This document shows, one piece after another, positions 49,617 to 59,326 of a DNA stretch of 64,000 bases. The stretch covers positions 256,001-320,000 of the forward strand of contig CAWHTE010000005.1 of the NCBI GenBank assembly GCA_963832165.1, written 5' to 3'. The DNA comes from an uncultured delta proteobacterium (lineage in GTDB: Bacteria; Myxococcota_A; UBA9160; SMWR01). Each line of letters opens with the position of its first letter. The first letter of the stretch is position 1. The position numbers and the translations under genes were made by a program. The notes under the pieces are model-generated. The model was not told the origin of the DNA and searched no databases. It saw only the letters and a program-made list of their open reading frames with translations.

Positions 49617-51542
49617 CTACTGCGCCGCGGCCTGCGCCTTGGCGGCGCGGTCGTAGCTGTCGGCGAACGCGAAGCGGGCCTCGTTCTGGTATTCCGCGAG
49701 TCGCTCGCGGCGCACGCGGAGCTCGCGGCTCGCGACGACCTCGACCACCTTGCCCTGCGCGGTCATCAGCGTGTCGAGGTTCTCGAGCGAGGCGGTGATC
49801 CGCGAGCGCAGGTTGCGAATCGGAGCGTCGTATCCGACGTAGCTGTGGGTCGCCGCCTGGCGCGTGCGCACGAACGAGTCGTACTGGGTCTGGAGCCGCT
49901 CGATGTCTGCGTTGAGCTCGCGCAGATGCGTGTGGGTGTCGGTCAGGCGCCGGTGGTAGTCGGTCTGCTGCGTGAACCGCAGCACGCCCCGGAGCCGGGC
50001 GAGCCGCTGCATCGCCATCTCCTGGGCGGGCCCGTTCGCACCCGCGAGACCGGCCTCGAGCTTCTCGATCCGCGCGGTCGCGGCCTGCTCGTGCGAGGTC
50101 GCCAGGTAGTCGGGGCGCGGCGCGATCAGCATGTGCTGCAGGCGGCGAGCCAGAGACTTGCGCTGCTCGAGCCGCAGCCGCATCTGGGCATCGAGCCTGC
50201 GGAAATTCCGGTCGAGCTCGGGCAGCAGCGGCTCGTAATACTCGCGGCGCAGCCGGATCAGATCGTCGAACGAGTCGAGACCCTTCTCCCACGCGACCAT
50301 CTTCTTGCGCATGTCCTCGAGGTCGAGGTAGTTCTGGAGCGCGGTCTGGAAGTCGTGCGACGCCATCAGCGTCATCAGGTAGAAGGTCTCGGGCGCGTCG
50401 GGCAGGCTGCGCAGCCGGATCACCCAGTCCTTGTCCTGGCGGATCTCCTCGCGCACGAGGTCCTTCAGGAACTCGCCCTTCTCGATGCTCGCGATCGAGG
50501 CGTCCACCTTCGTGAGCTCTTGGGCGAAGGTCTCGACGGCGCGCCCGTACAGCACCGCAGCGCGCCCGTGCACGTTCATCTTGCTGTAGGCGTAGGGCAG
50601 CGCGAGCAGCGCATCCTGAACCGCGGCGTCGGTGGGCTCGCGCTCGGCCAGAATGCTCCAGGGGACCACCGCGCGCTTGAAGTTCTGCGCCGAGACGTCG
50701 GCCCAGCCCGCGCGCAGGAGCGCCTGGTTGGAGTACGGCCCCTCGAGGCTCACGCGGTCCAGCGCCTTCTGCGCGGCGCCGAACTCGTTCGCCTCGAAGA
50801 ACATCGTGCCGAGCACGAAGTTGGCCTTGTCGCGGATCGCGACGGTCGCGGGGTCGTTGGCCGAGATCTGGCCCGCGGCGTCGAGCTGCTGCACGGCCTC
50901 CTTCGCGTTCCCTTCCTGGAGGCGCGCGATGCCGAGGTTGTAGGTCGAGAAGCCCTCGAGCGATTCGGAGCCCTGCAACCCCTCGAGCACGCGCGCGGCG
51001 TCCGCGGGTCGGCCCATCGCGGTGTAGACATTGGCGCGCAGGAACTCGACCTCGTCGCGAATCGAGTCGGGCACCTTCCCATGGATCCGATCGAGCGCGT
51101 GCAGCGCGTCGACCGGCTGGTCCTTCTGGAAGTGGATGCGCGCGAGCCGGAAGGCCGCGACGTTGCGCACCTCGTCTTCCACGTCGGCCTCGAGCACGGC
51201 CTTGATCGCGCGACCCGCGCGGTGATGCATGCGGTAATTGAGCTCGAACGCGCCGACCGAGAACTCTGCGGTCTTGATGTGGTACTGGAGCGTGTCGAGC
51301 GCCGGCTCGTCTACGCCGAAGTGCCCCGCGACCTCGGCATCGAGGCGCCCGAGTGCCTCGAAGTACTGATTCTGGAACGCGTAGTACAGCGCCTCGCCAA
51401 AATAGAGATCGCGCAGCTCGATGCGGCTGTCCTCGGGAATCACCGGGGCGGTGTCCCAATCCTGGTATGAGCTCGCTTCCGAGCTCCCAGTCGCGAGCGC
51501 CACGAGGGCGCACGCGGTGATCGTGGCCAGTGCTGCGCGCAA
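49617..51542 (-). CDS. Secreted TPR/coiled-coil protein (GltC-like)
   Basis: Signal peptide, DLYFGEALY, TPRs, C-terminal ARFAFADSYD. Confidence 0.75.
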   Translation of the reverse strand: MRAALATITACALVALATGSSEASSYQDWDTAPVIPEDSRIELRDLYFGEALYYAFQNQYFEALGRLDAEVAGHFGVDEPALDTLQYHIKTAEFSVGAFELNYRMHHRAGRAIKAVLEADVEDEVRNVAAFRLARIHFQKDQPVDALHALDRIHGKVPDSIRDEVEFLRANVYTAMGRPADAARVLEGLQGSESLEGFSTYNLGIARLQEGNAKEAVQQLDAAGQISANDPATVAIRDKANFVLGTMFFEANEFGAAQKALDRVSLEGPYSNQALLRAGWADVSAQNFKRAVVPWSILAEREPTDAAVQDALLALPYAYSKMNVHGRAAVLYGRAVETFAQELTKVDASIASIEKGEFLKDLVREEIRQDKDWVIRLRSLPDAPETFYLMTLMASHDFQTALQNYLDLEDMRKKMVAWEKGLDSFDDLIRLRREYYEPLLPELDRNFRRLDAQMRLRLEQRKSLARRLQHMLIAPRPDYLATSHEQAATARIEKLEAGLAGANGPAQEMAMQRLARLRGVLRFTQQTDYHRRLTDTHTHLRELNADIERLQTQYDSFVRTRQAATHSYVGYDAPIRNLRSRITASLENLDTLMTAQGKVVEVVASRELRVRRERLAEYQNEARFAFADSYDRAAKAQAAAQ

Positions 51543-51548
51543 GGTGGG

Positions 51549-52130
51549 CTACCAGGCTCCGAGCTGGATGCTGGCGTCCCCGGCGTCGGCCAGCGTGATC
51601 CCGACCAGCTTCGGCTCCACCTTCTTGCTGAACGTGAAGCTCTGATTGCGCGTGTAGTCCCCGCCGCTCGGCGTCTTGCCGAGCACGGCGACGTCCAGGC
51701 GGTGGTCGCCCGTCGCGACGTTGCCCGTGTAGATCCGCTGCACGCCCCCCATCTGCAGCGCCTCGAGCTCCTTGAAGGTGTAGATGTGATGCGCCACGAG
51801 CTGGCCATCGATCTGCACCTGCACCGAGTCGAGCCGGAACGTCTCCCCATCCTTCATCGACACGAACAGCGCCACCTGCGTGTTCGAGGGGTAGAGCAAT
51901 CGCTCTTCGAGCTGATTCAGCTCAGCGGCGATCCCCAACACGTCCGACTTGATCTCCTGGACCTGTTCGTCCAGGCTCTGCATCTGCTGCTTCGATGCCT
52001 CTTCGGCACCAGCGGCAGCGCCCCAGACTCCGCACAGCAGGGCGAGCGCAGCGGCAAAGCAGATCCAGCGCTGCGCGTGCGCACGGGCCCTGCGGCGAAC
52101 AGAATGCCTCTCGACGGTTGCGTCCATCAC
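51549..52130 (-). CDS. Conserved secreted hypothetical protein, first gene of the Agl/Glt-like operon
   Basis: Signal peptide, short coiled coil, LEERLLYP, then a beta-rich domain. Confidence 0.7.
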   Translation of the reverse strand: MMDATVERHSVRRRARAHAQRWICFAAALALLCGVWGAAAGAEEASKQQMQSLDEQVQEIKSDVLGIAAELNQLEERLLYPSNTQVALFVSMKDGETFRLDSVQVQIDGQLVAHHIYTFKELEALQMGGVQRIYTGNVATGDHRLDVAVLGKTPSGGDYTRNQSFTFSKKVEPKLVGITLADAGDASIQLGAW

Positions 52131-52193
52131 GGGCTACCGGCCTCCCCGATTTTGCGTGGCAACGCCTCGTTCGTCCTTCCCGCACGCAGCGCG

Positions 52194-52238
52194 CGTGACG
52201 GCGGACACAATATTGATTCCGCAGTGTCCTGCGACACA
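52194..52238. promoter_or_regulatory. Two CRP/FNR-like boxes upstream of the Agl/Glt-like operon
   Basis: CGTGA-CGGCGG-ACACA-ATATTG (52194-52215) and AGTGT-CCTGCG-ACACA (52223-52238). Confidence 0.6.
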
Positions 52239-52470
52239 TCGGCCTAACGTCTTTAGTCGAGCGTTAGTCTCAATCTTCCAGCGTGTTCGCAGTTGCGCAT
52301 TGCTGAGAGCCGCACCTCCGCAAGAGGCAGAACCCCTTCCGCGAGACGCACTTCGACGGCAACTCCGGCTTGCCGCTCGCTTGCCGATCCGCTGCGCATT
52401 CGTTTCCGCTCGAAGACGAGCGGGTTTCCGCGTTGCTCAACGAACCGGAAATTCGCCGCAGCGGCCGCGA

Positions 52471-53445
52471 CTATTCGTCGAGCAGCTCCATGAACAGCTC
52501 GTCGACGTCGTCCTTGGGCGGCGGCTCGCGATCCGCGATCGGAACCACGCGCGGCGCGAACGCCGCATCGAGCTCCGGGTCGGTCCGTTCCGCCTGCACC
52601 GGTGTCAGCCGGCGCATCGGGTGATCGCCCGGATCGGCCCAGCCGAGATCGCGGTGCGCGCGCTCGACGTCCGTGCGCGTGATCTGCGGATGACCCGCGA
52701 GCCAGGCCTCGTAGAGCGCGTTGTCCGCGAGCGTGTTGATGCGGCCCGGGGCGCCCTCCGCGAGCTCGTGCAGCGCCGCGCTCGCGCCCGCGAGCCAGAT
52801 CTCCGGGCTGCCGCCCGCGGCTTCCATGCGCACCGCGAGATACTCCTGCGCCTCCCCGCGCCCGAGTGGAGCGAGCGGGACGCGCATGTCGATGTGGTGC
52901 GACACGAGCGGGTCGGCTGCGATCGCGGCGTCGAGCGGCGGAGCCCCCGCGAGCACCACGGAGAGGAGTCGGCGATCTTCGTACTCGAGCTTCACGAGCC
53001 CGCACAGCTCGGAGAGTGCGTCGGCGTTCGCGAGCCCGTGCGCATCGTCGATGATCAGCACCGCGCGGCGCCCGTCTTCGTGGATGATCGCGAGGCGCTC
53101 GTAGATCTGGCGGATCACCGCCTCGCGGTCGACGTCAGCGCGCTCCACGCCGAGCTGATTCGCGATCCGGGGCAGCAGCCATTCGACACCGGCCTCGCGG
53201 CGCAGCACGACCATCATCGCCGCCTCGAACTGTTCCTCCTCGAGCCCCTCGAACAGCCGGCGCGCCACGCGCGTCTTGCCCGCGCCCACCCCGCCCACGA
53301 GCAACAGGAGCCCGCGCCCCTGGCGCACCCCGCGGTCGAGCCGCGCGAGCGCGTCGTTTTGCGACGGGAGCTCGGCGTCGAACTTCTCGTGCGCGTCGCT
53401 CCGGAACGGATCCTCGGCGATACCGAAGTGATGCAGGTGGTCCAA
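52471..53445 (-). CDS. ExeA/GspA-family AAA ATPase
   Basis: HFGIAEDPF, Walker A GGVGAGKT, IIDDAH, and G-x-P-x-x-INTLADNAL. Confidence 0.88.
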   Translation of the reverse strand: MDHLHHFGIAEDPFRSDAHEKFDAELPSQNDALARLDRGVRQGRGLLLLVGGVGAGKTRVARRLFEGLEEEQFEAAMMVVLRREAGVEWLLPRIANQLGVERADVDREAVIRQIYERLAIIHEDGRRAVLIIDDAHGLANADALSELCGLVKLEYEDRRLLSVVLAGAPPLDAAIAADPLVSHHIDMRVPLAPLGRGEAQEYLAVRMEAAGGSPEIWLAGASAALHELAEGAPGRINTLADNALYEAWLAGHPQITRTDVERAHRDLGWADPGDHPMRRLTPVQAERTDPELDAAFAPRVVPIADREPPPKDDVDELFMELLDE

Positions 53446-53459
53446 GCGCCATGCCTCGC

Positions 53460-56400
53460 CTACAGAAAGGAGATCTTCTTCTTGCGGCGCGGCGGCGCCG
53501 GATTCGGGTGACGCGGCGGCGGCTCTTCGGCGATCGGCTCGGCTTCGAGCACGGGCTCCGCATCCAGCACGGGGTCGGCGTCGAGGACGGGATCTCCCGA
53601 GTTCGCCTCGGCCACGAGGTCGTCGAAGGTCTCACCGCCGACCGCGACCTCTTCGGGCTCGGAATCGCCGGTGCGCTCGATCACGTCCTCGAACGACTCG
53701 AAGCCATCTTCTGCGGGCTCGGGCTTCGGCTCGCCGAGGCCTGCCAACCGCGCTCGCACGTTCTGGAACGCGGGCTTCTGGGCCGCGACCGCTCCCCACT
53801 CGCGGCGCGCACCCTCGATGTCGCCCACCGCCTCGAGCGCGCGTCCGAGATCGAAGCGCCCCGCAAGCCGCGCGTCGGCGGGCAGGCCCGGCAGGATCAG
53901 CAGCTGCTCGAGGTGCTCGATCGCGAGCGGCGCCTGGTTCGAATCGATCGCGCAGAGACCGATCAGGTGCAGGCATTCCGCGGTGCGGCTCGGGTCGGCC
54001 ATCGCGGTGCGCAGCTCGTAGATCGCATCGTCGAAGAGGCCCATCTCCTTGTAGGCGATCGCGAGGTCGTAGTGCGCCTGGTGATCGCCGTCCGAGAGCG
54101 TCTCGCGTACGCCCTTCTTGAACGCCTGGAACACCGCCGCAAAGCCGTCGTCGCCCGCGGGCAGTGGCGAGCGGATATTCGAGCTCGAGTCGTCGTCGAA
54201 CACGTCGGAGAGCGCGGCGGCGAGATCGAAGCCGCCGTCGTCATCGCTGGGCGGCTTTGCCGCAACGACTGCGGGCGCCGGCTCTTCTCTGACCGGGCGC
54301 AGCAGCTCCTCGGTGTCCGAGCCGTCCTGGGCGGGCTCGTCGCGCACCTCGACTTCGGCGTCGTCGAGGTCGAGCGAGGCGAAGTCGTCGAGCTCCGCAC
54401 CGATCGCGGGTGCGCCGCTGCCGATCTCCTCTTCCGAGATGTCGACCGGGATATCGACCTCGTCGAGCTCGTGCGCGGGGCTCTCCGGTTCGGTGAGCTC
54501 GCCCGTTTGGCCGAAGTCGATCTCGGGTTCGGGCGTCTCGTCCGGGTCCACGGCCACCACGGGACGCGGCGGCGCGACGCGCGGCGCTTCGCCGCGAGCC
54601 GCAGAGATCTCTCCGAGGCCCGCCAGAGCGCGTGAGTGACCCGGGGCTGCCGCGAGCACGCGCCGAAAGATCGCCTCCGCCTCGTCGTGCAGCCCCTGCT
54701 GCATGTAGAAGTCGGCTTCCTCGAGATCGTCGAGCACCTGCTGCTTCGAAGTGCTTCGCTGCGTGACGTCGTTCGCGATGCGCGGGGCTTCGCGCACGGG
54801 TGCCACGTCGGGCTCGCCGTCCAGCGAGATCTCGACATCCGGCTCGTCGTCGACTGCGAGCTCCACCTCCGGCTCGTCACCCAGCGCGAGCTCCACTTCG
54901 GGCTCGTCGTCCAGCGCGATCTCCACCTCGGACCCGCCGCCGAAGGCGAAGTCCTCTTCGGACTCGCTCGTGGAGATCCGGTTCTCGGCTTCGGGCGCAT
55001 CCGCGCCGACGTCGAGCGTGAAGTCCTCGAGATCCTCGTCATCCTCGAGCACGAGATCATCGTCGTGATCGGGCACGGCCGGCGCGCGCACTTCGGTCGG
55101 AATGTGCGCGGCGGCGGTCTCGTCGAGCACGGCGATGCGGCCGCGCAGAACGCGCAGCGCGTTGGCGTCGCGCTCGTCGTGCGCGCGCTGAGCCGCGCGC
55201 AGCCAGACCTCCACGGCGCGGCCGTGATCGCCGCTCTCGGCATACGCCTCGCCGAGCTTCTCGAGCGCGGCGCGGTGGCCGGGATTGGCCTGGACCACGC
55301 GCTGCAGGTGCGCGATCGCCTTGTCGCGCTTGCCGTAGCGCAGGTAGACGCTCGCCTCCGCGAGCAGCTGCTCCAGGTCGCCCGAGCCCGGAGGAGTCGG
55401 CTCGTGCACGTCCTCGAGCAGGAGCTCCTCGCCCTCGGTCCCGATCATGGTGGCTTCGGCGCCCACCTTCGGGCGCGGCGCGCCCGAGAGCGACGCACCC
55501 GGGCCGATCTCGAGCTCGCTGCCGAAGTCGATCGAGAGCTCCGGCGCGCCCTCGCTGTCGGGGAACTCCTCGCCGAACAATGCGCCCGCGTCGTCGTCGA
55601 GCAGTCCGCCGCCCGCGAGCTCGTCCTCGGCGCTGGGTCCGATGTCGTCCTCGTGCGCTGCCTCTTCACCCAGGTCGCCGACGGTGGCGAAGCGCTGCAG
55701 GATGTCGCGCGCGCGGCTCTCGTCGCCACGGCTGCGATAGAGCTCGGCGAGCCGGCGCATCACGCGCTCGTATTCGGGGAGCTTCTTCGCGCGCTCGTAC
55801 AGCGCCGCGAGCTGCTCGTAGTGCTCGGTGCTGCCGTCGTCGAGCTGCAGCGCGCGCTCGGCGAGCGAGATCGCCTCGGCGAGCTTCCCGCGCCGGTCGA
55901 GGCTCTTCGCGAGCGTCGCCAGCGCGCGCACGTTGCGCTCGTCGATCTCGAGGATGCGCCGGAACACGCCGCCCACGGCTTCGACGTCGCCCTGCCGCTC
56001 GAGCTCCTCGGCCGCGAGCAGGTACTCCGCGATCGCGTCGTCCTTCTTCCCTTCCTGGCGCAACAGGTCTGCGACCTTGATCCGGCTCCGCGTGTTAGTG
56101 GGATCCGCGTTCGCCATCTTGCGCAGCAGGTCGAGCGCTTCGCTCTTGCGGCCCTGGCGGTGATATCCGTCCGCGGCGGTCTGCAGCGCGGTGAGTGCCT
56201 CGCCGGTGAGTCCCATCCGCTCGTAGAGCTCGGCGAGCGGCGCGTAGGCGTCGAGCCGGTCCGGGTCGAGGTTCAGGAGCTGCTTGAACACAGCCACGGC
56301 GCGGGCATCGAAGCCCTCCGCCATGTACTGCTCGGCGACCTTGCGATAGGTGTCGACGGCCTCTTCGACCTGACCCCAGCGCCGATGGGCATCGCCCACC

Positions 56401-56531
56401 TCGAGCCGGAGCTTGGCGTCCTTCGGATCGAGCTTGAGGAGCTTCTGATACTCGGCGAGCGCCTTATCCTTGGCGTTCTTCTGAGCCAGCTTGCGCGCGA
56501 GCTCGAGGATCTTCCGCTTGTCCGCCGCCAA
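53460..56531 (-). CDS. SgmX-like TPR protein (type IV pilus activation/polarity)
   Basis: N-terminal DKRKILE...DKALAEYQKLLKLDPKD TPRs, long acidic linker, C-terminal HYDLAIAYKEMGL TPRs and KKISFL. Lies downstream of pilQ/mglC-like. Confidence 0.75.
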   Translation of the reverse strand: MAADKRKILELARKLAQKNAKDKALAEYQKLLKLDPKDAKLRLEVGDAHRRWGQVEEAVDTYRKVAEQYMAEGFDARAVAVFKQLLNLDPDRLDAYAPLAELYERMGLTGEALTALQTAADGYHRQGRKSEALDLLRKMANADPTNTRSRIKVADLLRQEGKKDDAIAEYLLAAEELERQGDVEAVGGVFRRILEIDERNVRALATLAKSLDRRGKLAEAISLAERALQLDDGSTEHYEQLAALYERAKKLPEYERVMRRLAELYRSRGDESRARDILQRFATVGDLGEEAAHEDDIGPSAEDELAGGGLLDDDAGALFGEEFPDSEGAPELSIDFGSELEIGPGASLSGAPRPKVGAEATMIGTEGEELLLEDVHEPTPPGSGDLEQLLAEASVYLRYGKRDKAIAHLQRVVQANPGHRAALEKLGEAYAESGDHGRAVEVWLRAAQRAHDERDANALRVLRGRIAVLDETAAAHIPTEVRAPAVPDHDDDLVLEDDEDLEDFTLDVGADAPEAENRISTSESEEDFAFGGGSEVEIALDDEPEVELALGDEPEVELAVDDEPDVEISLDGEPDVAPVREAPRIANDVTQRSTSKQQVLDDLEEADFYMQQGLHDEAEAIFRRVLAAAPGHSRALAGLGEISAARGEAPRVAPPRPVVAVDPDETPEPEIDFGQTGELTEPESPAHELDEVDIPVDISEEEIGSGAPAIGAELDDFASLDLDDAEVEVRDEPAQDGSDTEELLRPVREEPAPAVVAAKPPSDDDGGFDLAAALSDVFDDDSSSNIRSPLPAGDDGFAAVFQAFKKGVRETLSDGDHQAHYDLAIAYKEMGLFDDAIYELRTAMADPSRTAECLHLIGLCAIDSNQAPLAIEHLEQLLILPGLPADARLAGRFDLGRALEAVGDIEGARREWGAVAAQKPAFQNVRARLAGLGEPKPEPAEDGFESFEDVIERTGDSEPEEVAVGGETFDDLVAEANSGDPVLDADPVLDAEPVLEAEPIAEEPPPRHPNPAPPRRKKKISFL
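54811..54930 (-). repeat. Four in-frame 30-bp tandem repeats
   Basis: Encodes EVEIALDDEP, EVELALGDEP, EVELAVDDEP and DVEISLDGEP. Confidence 0.85.
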
Positions 56532-56690
56532 CGACAGCCCCGTCCTGCCAGATGGTCTTGGCCCGGCTTCGGCTCGCAGCGCGGAAGCCCGCGGCGCGAC
56601 ACCGAAAAGTGAACGGCACCGGAGCACTCCGGTACTTTTCCTCTCTTCGGTTGCGTGGGCTTCCCGGTTGAGGTTCCCGTGGGGGAAAGT

Positions 56691-57137
56691 TCAGCCGTCC
56701 AGCACGTCCAGCAGCGCCGCGAGTCCGAGCGTGTAGCTGCGAGCGCCGAAGCCCGCGACGAGTCCGACCGCGATCCCCGAGACATAGGAGGTATGGCGGA
56801 AGGACTCGCGCGCGAACACGTTGGAGAGGTGGACCTCGACCACGGGCATCCCCGTGGCCGCGAGCGCATCGCGCAGCACCACGCTCGTGTGGGTGAGCCC
56901 GCCCGGGTTGATCAGGATGCCGTCCGCCCAGCCGATCGCGGCGTGGATGCGGTCGACGAGCACTCCCTCGTGGTTGCTCTGGAAACACTCCACCTCGGCG
57001 CCGCGCTCCTTTGCGGAGTCGGCGAGCGCGGCGTCGATCTCCTCGAGCGTGGTCGCCCCATAGATCTCGGGCTCGCGCGTTCCGAGCAGGTCGAGGTTCG
57101 GGCCGTGGATGACCTGAATGCGGCGCAGCTCGCTCAA
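56691..57137 (-). CDS. aroQ: Type II 3-dehydroquinate dehydratase
   Basis: [33 protein letters not shown] and EVHLSN. Confidence 0.96.
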   Translation of the reverse strand: MSELRRIQVIHGPNLDLLGTREPEIYGATTLEEIDAALADSAKERGAEVECFQSNHEGVLVDRIHAAIGWADGILINPGGLTHTSVVLRDALAATGMPVVEVHLSNVFARESFRHTSYVSGIAVGLVAGFGARSYTLGLAALLDVLDG

Positions 57138-57168
57138 TGGCCCCCCTCCGACTGGCGAGTGGCGACCC

Positions 57169-57543
57169 TCAGAGCTCCTGGCGGATCGCCAGCAGATGCC
57201 GGCGAATGAGATAGCGCGCCTTGCCGAGGTTGCCATCGGCCGAGAGCACGAGCGCGAGGAACGTGTCGCCATCGATCGGCCGGAACACGAGGCTCATTCG
57301 CGCGAGCGAGACGACCGTCTCGCTCACGGCGCCGCCGCCCAGTGCGTCGGCCGCTTTGCGGATCTCCTCGAGGATGCGCGAGAACTCGATCCCGGCGCTG
57401 CCGATGTCCTCCTGGAGCGGGCCCTCCGGAATCCGATCGGTCACGTACTCCTCGATCGGAATTCCGTCCGCGCCCATCAATACGGCGCCGAGGCCTCCGC
57501 CGCACTCCTCCACGATGCTGCGCAGAATCGATCGGAACGTCAT
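57169..57543 (-). CDS. Roadblock/LC7 domain protein (MglC-like)
   Basis: [10 protein letters not shown] and GNLGKARYL. Position follows pilQ as in myxobacteria. Confidence 0.8.
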   Translation of the reverse strand: MTFRSILRSIVEECGGGLGAVLMGADGIPIEEYVTDRIPEGPLQEDIGSAGIEFSRILEEIRKAADALGGGAVSETVVSLARMSLVFRPIDGDTFLALVLSADGNLGKARYLIRRHLLAIRQEL

Positions 57544-58043
57544 GTCTGTGCTCTCCGCGCGTTCACGAGCCAGCGCTCGAGCGCCGCGATCACCGTTGCA
57601 TCCTCTCGCGCGGGCCGATCGGCCGCCGCGACGTCTCCGAGCTGCGCGCGGATGCGCGCCGCGCCGCGGCGATCACCCTGGCGCTCGAGCAGATCCGCCA
57701 TCGTGCGCGTCGCGAAGGCGCCGGTCGACGCGACCGTGCTGTGCTCATCCGCAGCGCCATCAGCGAATAGCGCCGCCTCTTCCGCGATCGAGTCGGGCGT
57801 GATCATGTGCGCGAGGTCGGGCTCGGCCGCCTCGAACGCGCGCTCGAGCTCGACTTCCGAGACGCCGGCCGGGACCGGGCCCGCCCTGCGCTGCAAGAGC
57901 GGCCGCGCCGACGCGAGCGCCGATTCGGCCCACGAGTCGATCTCGCGCCGCAGCCCGCCCCGGGCGTCGTGCTGGCGCAGTTCCGCGAGCGCGCGAAGCG
58001 CGTTCGCGAGCTCCGCGATCCGATCCTCCGCTGCGCCGGCCAT
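57540..58043 (-). CDS. Hypothetical protein with TPR-like C-terminal motif
   Basis: TRTMADLLERQG...LERWL. Coupled to the roadblock gene. Confidence 0.65.
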   Translation of the reverse strand: MAGAAEDRIAELANALRALAELRQHDARGGLRREIDSWAESALASARPLLQRRAGPVPAGVSEVELERAFEAAEPDLAHMITPDSIAEEAALFADGAADEHSTVASTGAFATRTMADLLERQGDRRGAARIRAQLGDVAAADRPAREDATVIAALERWLVNARRAQT

Positions 58044-58054
58044 CCCTCTCCCCT

Positions 58055-59227
58055 CTACCGGCGGACGCGGCGCCGCGCCGCCCCAACGGTCCCGCGCCCC
58101 GACCGGGGCAGTCGCGCCGGCAGCGCCGCCGCGACCTCCGAGGGCAGGAGCGGCACCGTTCGCGCCGACCCCACACCCCCGAGCACCACGTAGTGGATGC
58201 GCGAGTCCTGCCTCTTCTTATCGACCTGGAGCGCGGAGAGATAAGCGCTTCTCGGGAACGGCGGGGGCTGGGTCGGCAGGCCCAGGCGTCGGCACAGCTT
58301 CTCGAGCCGCGCCGCGGTGCCCAGCGGCGCGTAGCCGAGGGCCTCGGAGCGCTCCGCCGCGTAGACCATCCCGATCGCGACCGCCTCGCCGTGCAGCAGG
58401 CCCCGGTAGTGCGTGAGCGCCTCGATCGCATGGGCGAGCGTGTGGCCGAAGTTGAGCAGCATGCGCACGTCGGCCTCGCGCTCGTCGCGCCGGACCACCT
58501 CGGCCTTGATCTCCACGGCGCGCCCGAGCACGGGCACGAGCACGGACTCCTCGAGCGCGAGCAAGCCCTCGACGTCCCGCTCGAGTGTCTCGAACAGCTC
58601 GGCGTCCCAGATGATCGCCTTCTTGACCACCTCGGCGAAGCCGGCCGCGCGCTCGCGCGCCGGCAGCGTGCGCAGCGTCGCCACGTCGACCGCCACGAGC
58701 CGCGGCTGGTGGAACGCGCCGACCAGATTCTTGCCCTCGCGCAGGTTCACGCCCGTCTTGCCGCCCACGCTCGCGTCGACCATCGCCAGCACGGTCGTGG
58801 GCACCTGAACGAACGGGATCCCGCGCAGATAGGTGGCGGCTGCATAGCCGGTGAGGTCGCCCACCATGCCTCCGCCGAGCGCGACGAGAACGCTGTGGCG
58901 ATCCGCGCGGGCCCGCAACAGCTCGTGATAGACCCGCTCGACCACGCGCAGGGTCTTGCTCGCGTCGCCGTCGGGCACGTCGATGCGCGCGGTGGCCATT
59001 CCGGCAGCGCGCAGCGAGCGCAGCACGCGCGTCGCATAGCGGCGCCCGACCGGCGGCACCGTGATCACCACGGCGCGGCGCGCACCCGTGCACGCGACCA
59101 CGCGCTCTCCGAGCCCCGCGAGCGTTCCCGCGCCGATCTCCACGGGGTACGAGCGATCGCCGAGCTCGACCGTCACGCTGCGCAGCGCGCGGCCCGCGGA
59201 GACTTTCGGCAATCGGTCGTTCGGCAC
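58055..59227 (-). CDS. aroB: 3-dehydroquinate synthase
   Basis: LGGGMVGD, PTTVLAMVDASVGGKTG, LNFGHT and HGEAV. Confidence 0.96.
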   Translation of the reverse strand: MPNDRLPKVSAGRALRSVTVELGDRSYPVEIGAGTLAGLGERVVACTGARRAVVITVPPVGRRYATRVLRSLRAAGMATARIDVPDGDASKTLRVVERVYHELLRARADRHSVLVALGGGMVGDLTGYAAATYLRGIPFVQVPTTVLAMVDASVGGKTGVNLREGKNLVGAFHQPRLVAVDVATLRTLPARERAAGFAEVVKKAIIWDAELFETLERDVEGLLALEESVLVPVLGRAVEIKAEVVRRDEREADVRMLLNFGHTLAHAIEALTHYRGLLHGEAVAIGMVYAAERSEALGYAPLGTAARLEKLCRRLGLPTQPPPFPRSAYLSALQVDKKRQDSRIHYVVLGGVGSARTVPLLPSEVAAALPARLPRSGRGTVGAARRRVRR

Positions 59228-59258
59228 GCGCCGAGTATAAGCGGGCGCCGCGCCCGCG

Positions 59259-59294
59259 AAAACGAAGCGCGGCGGAGGGAGGCCTCCGCCGCGC
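59259..59294 (-). terminator. Probable rho-independent terminator after pilQ
   Basis: 12-bp stem GCGCGGCGGAGG/CCTCCGCCGCGC followed on the minus strand by TTCGTTTT. Confidence 0.7.
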
Positions 59295-59326
59295 CTGGTT
59301 TCACGCCGTCCAGAGACGGCCGATCG

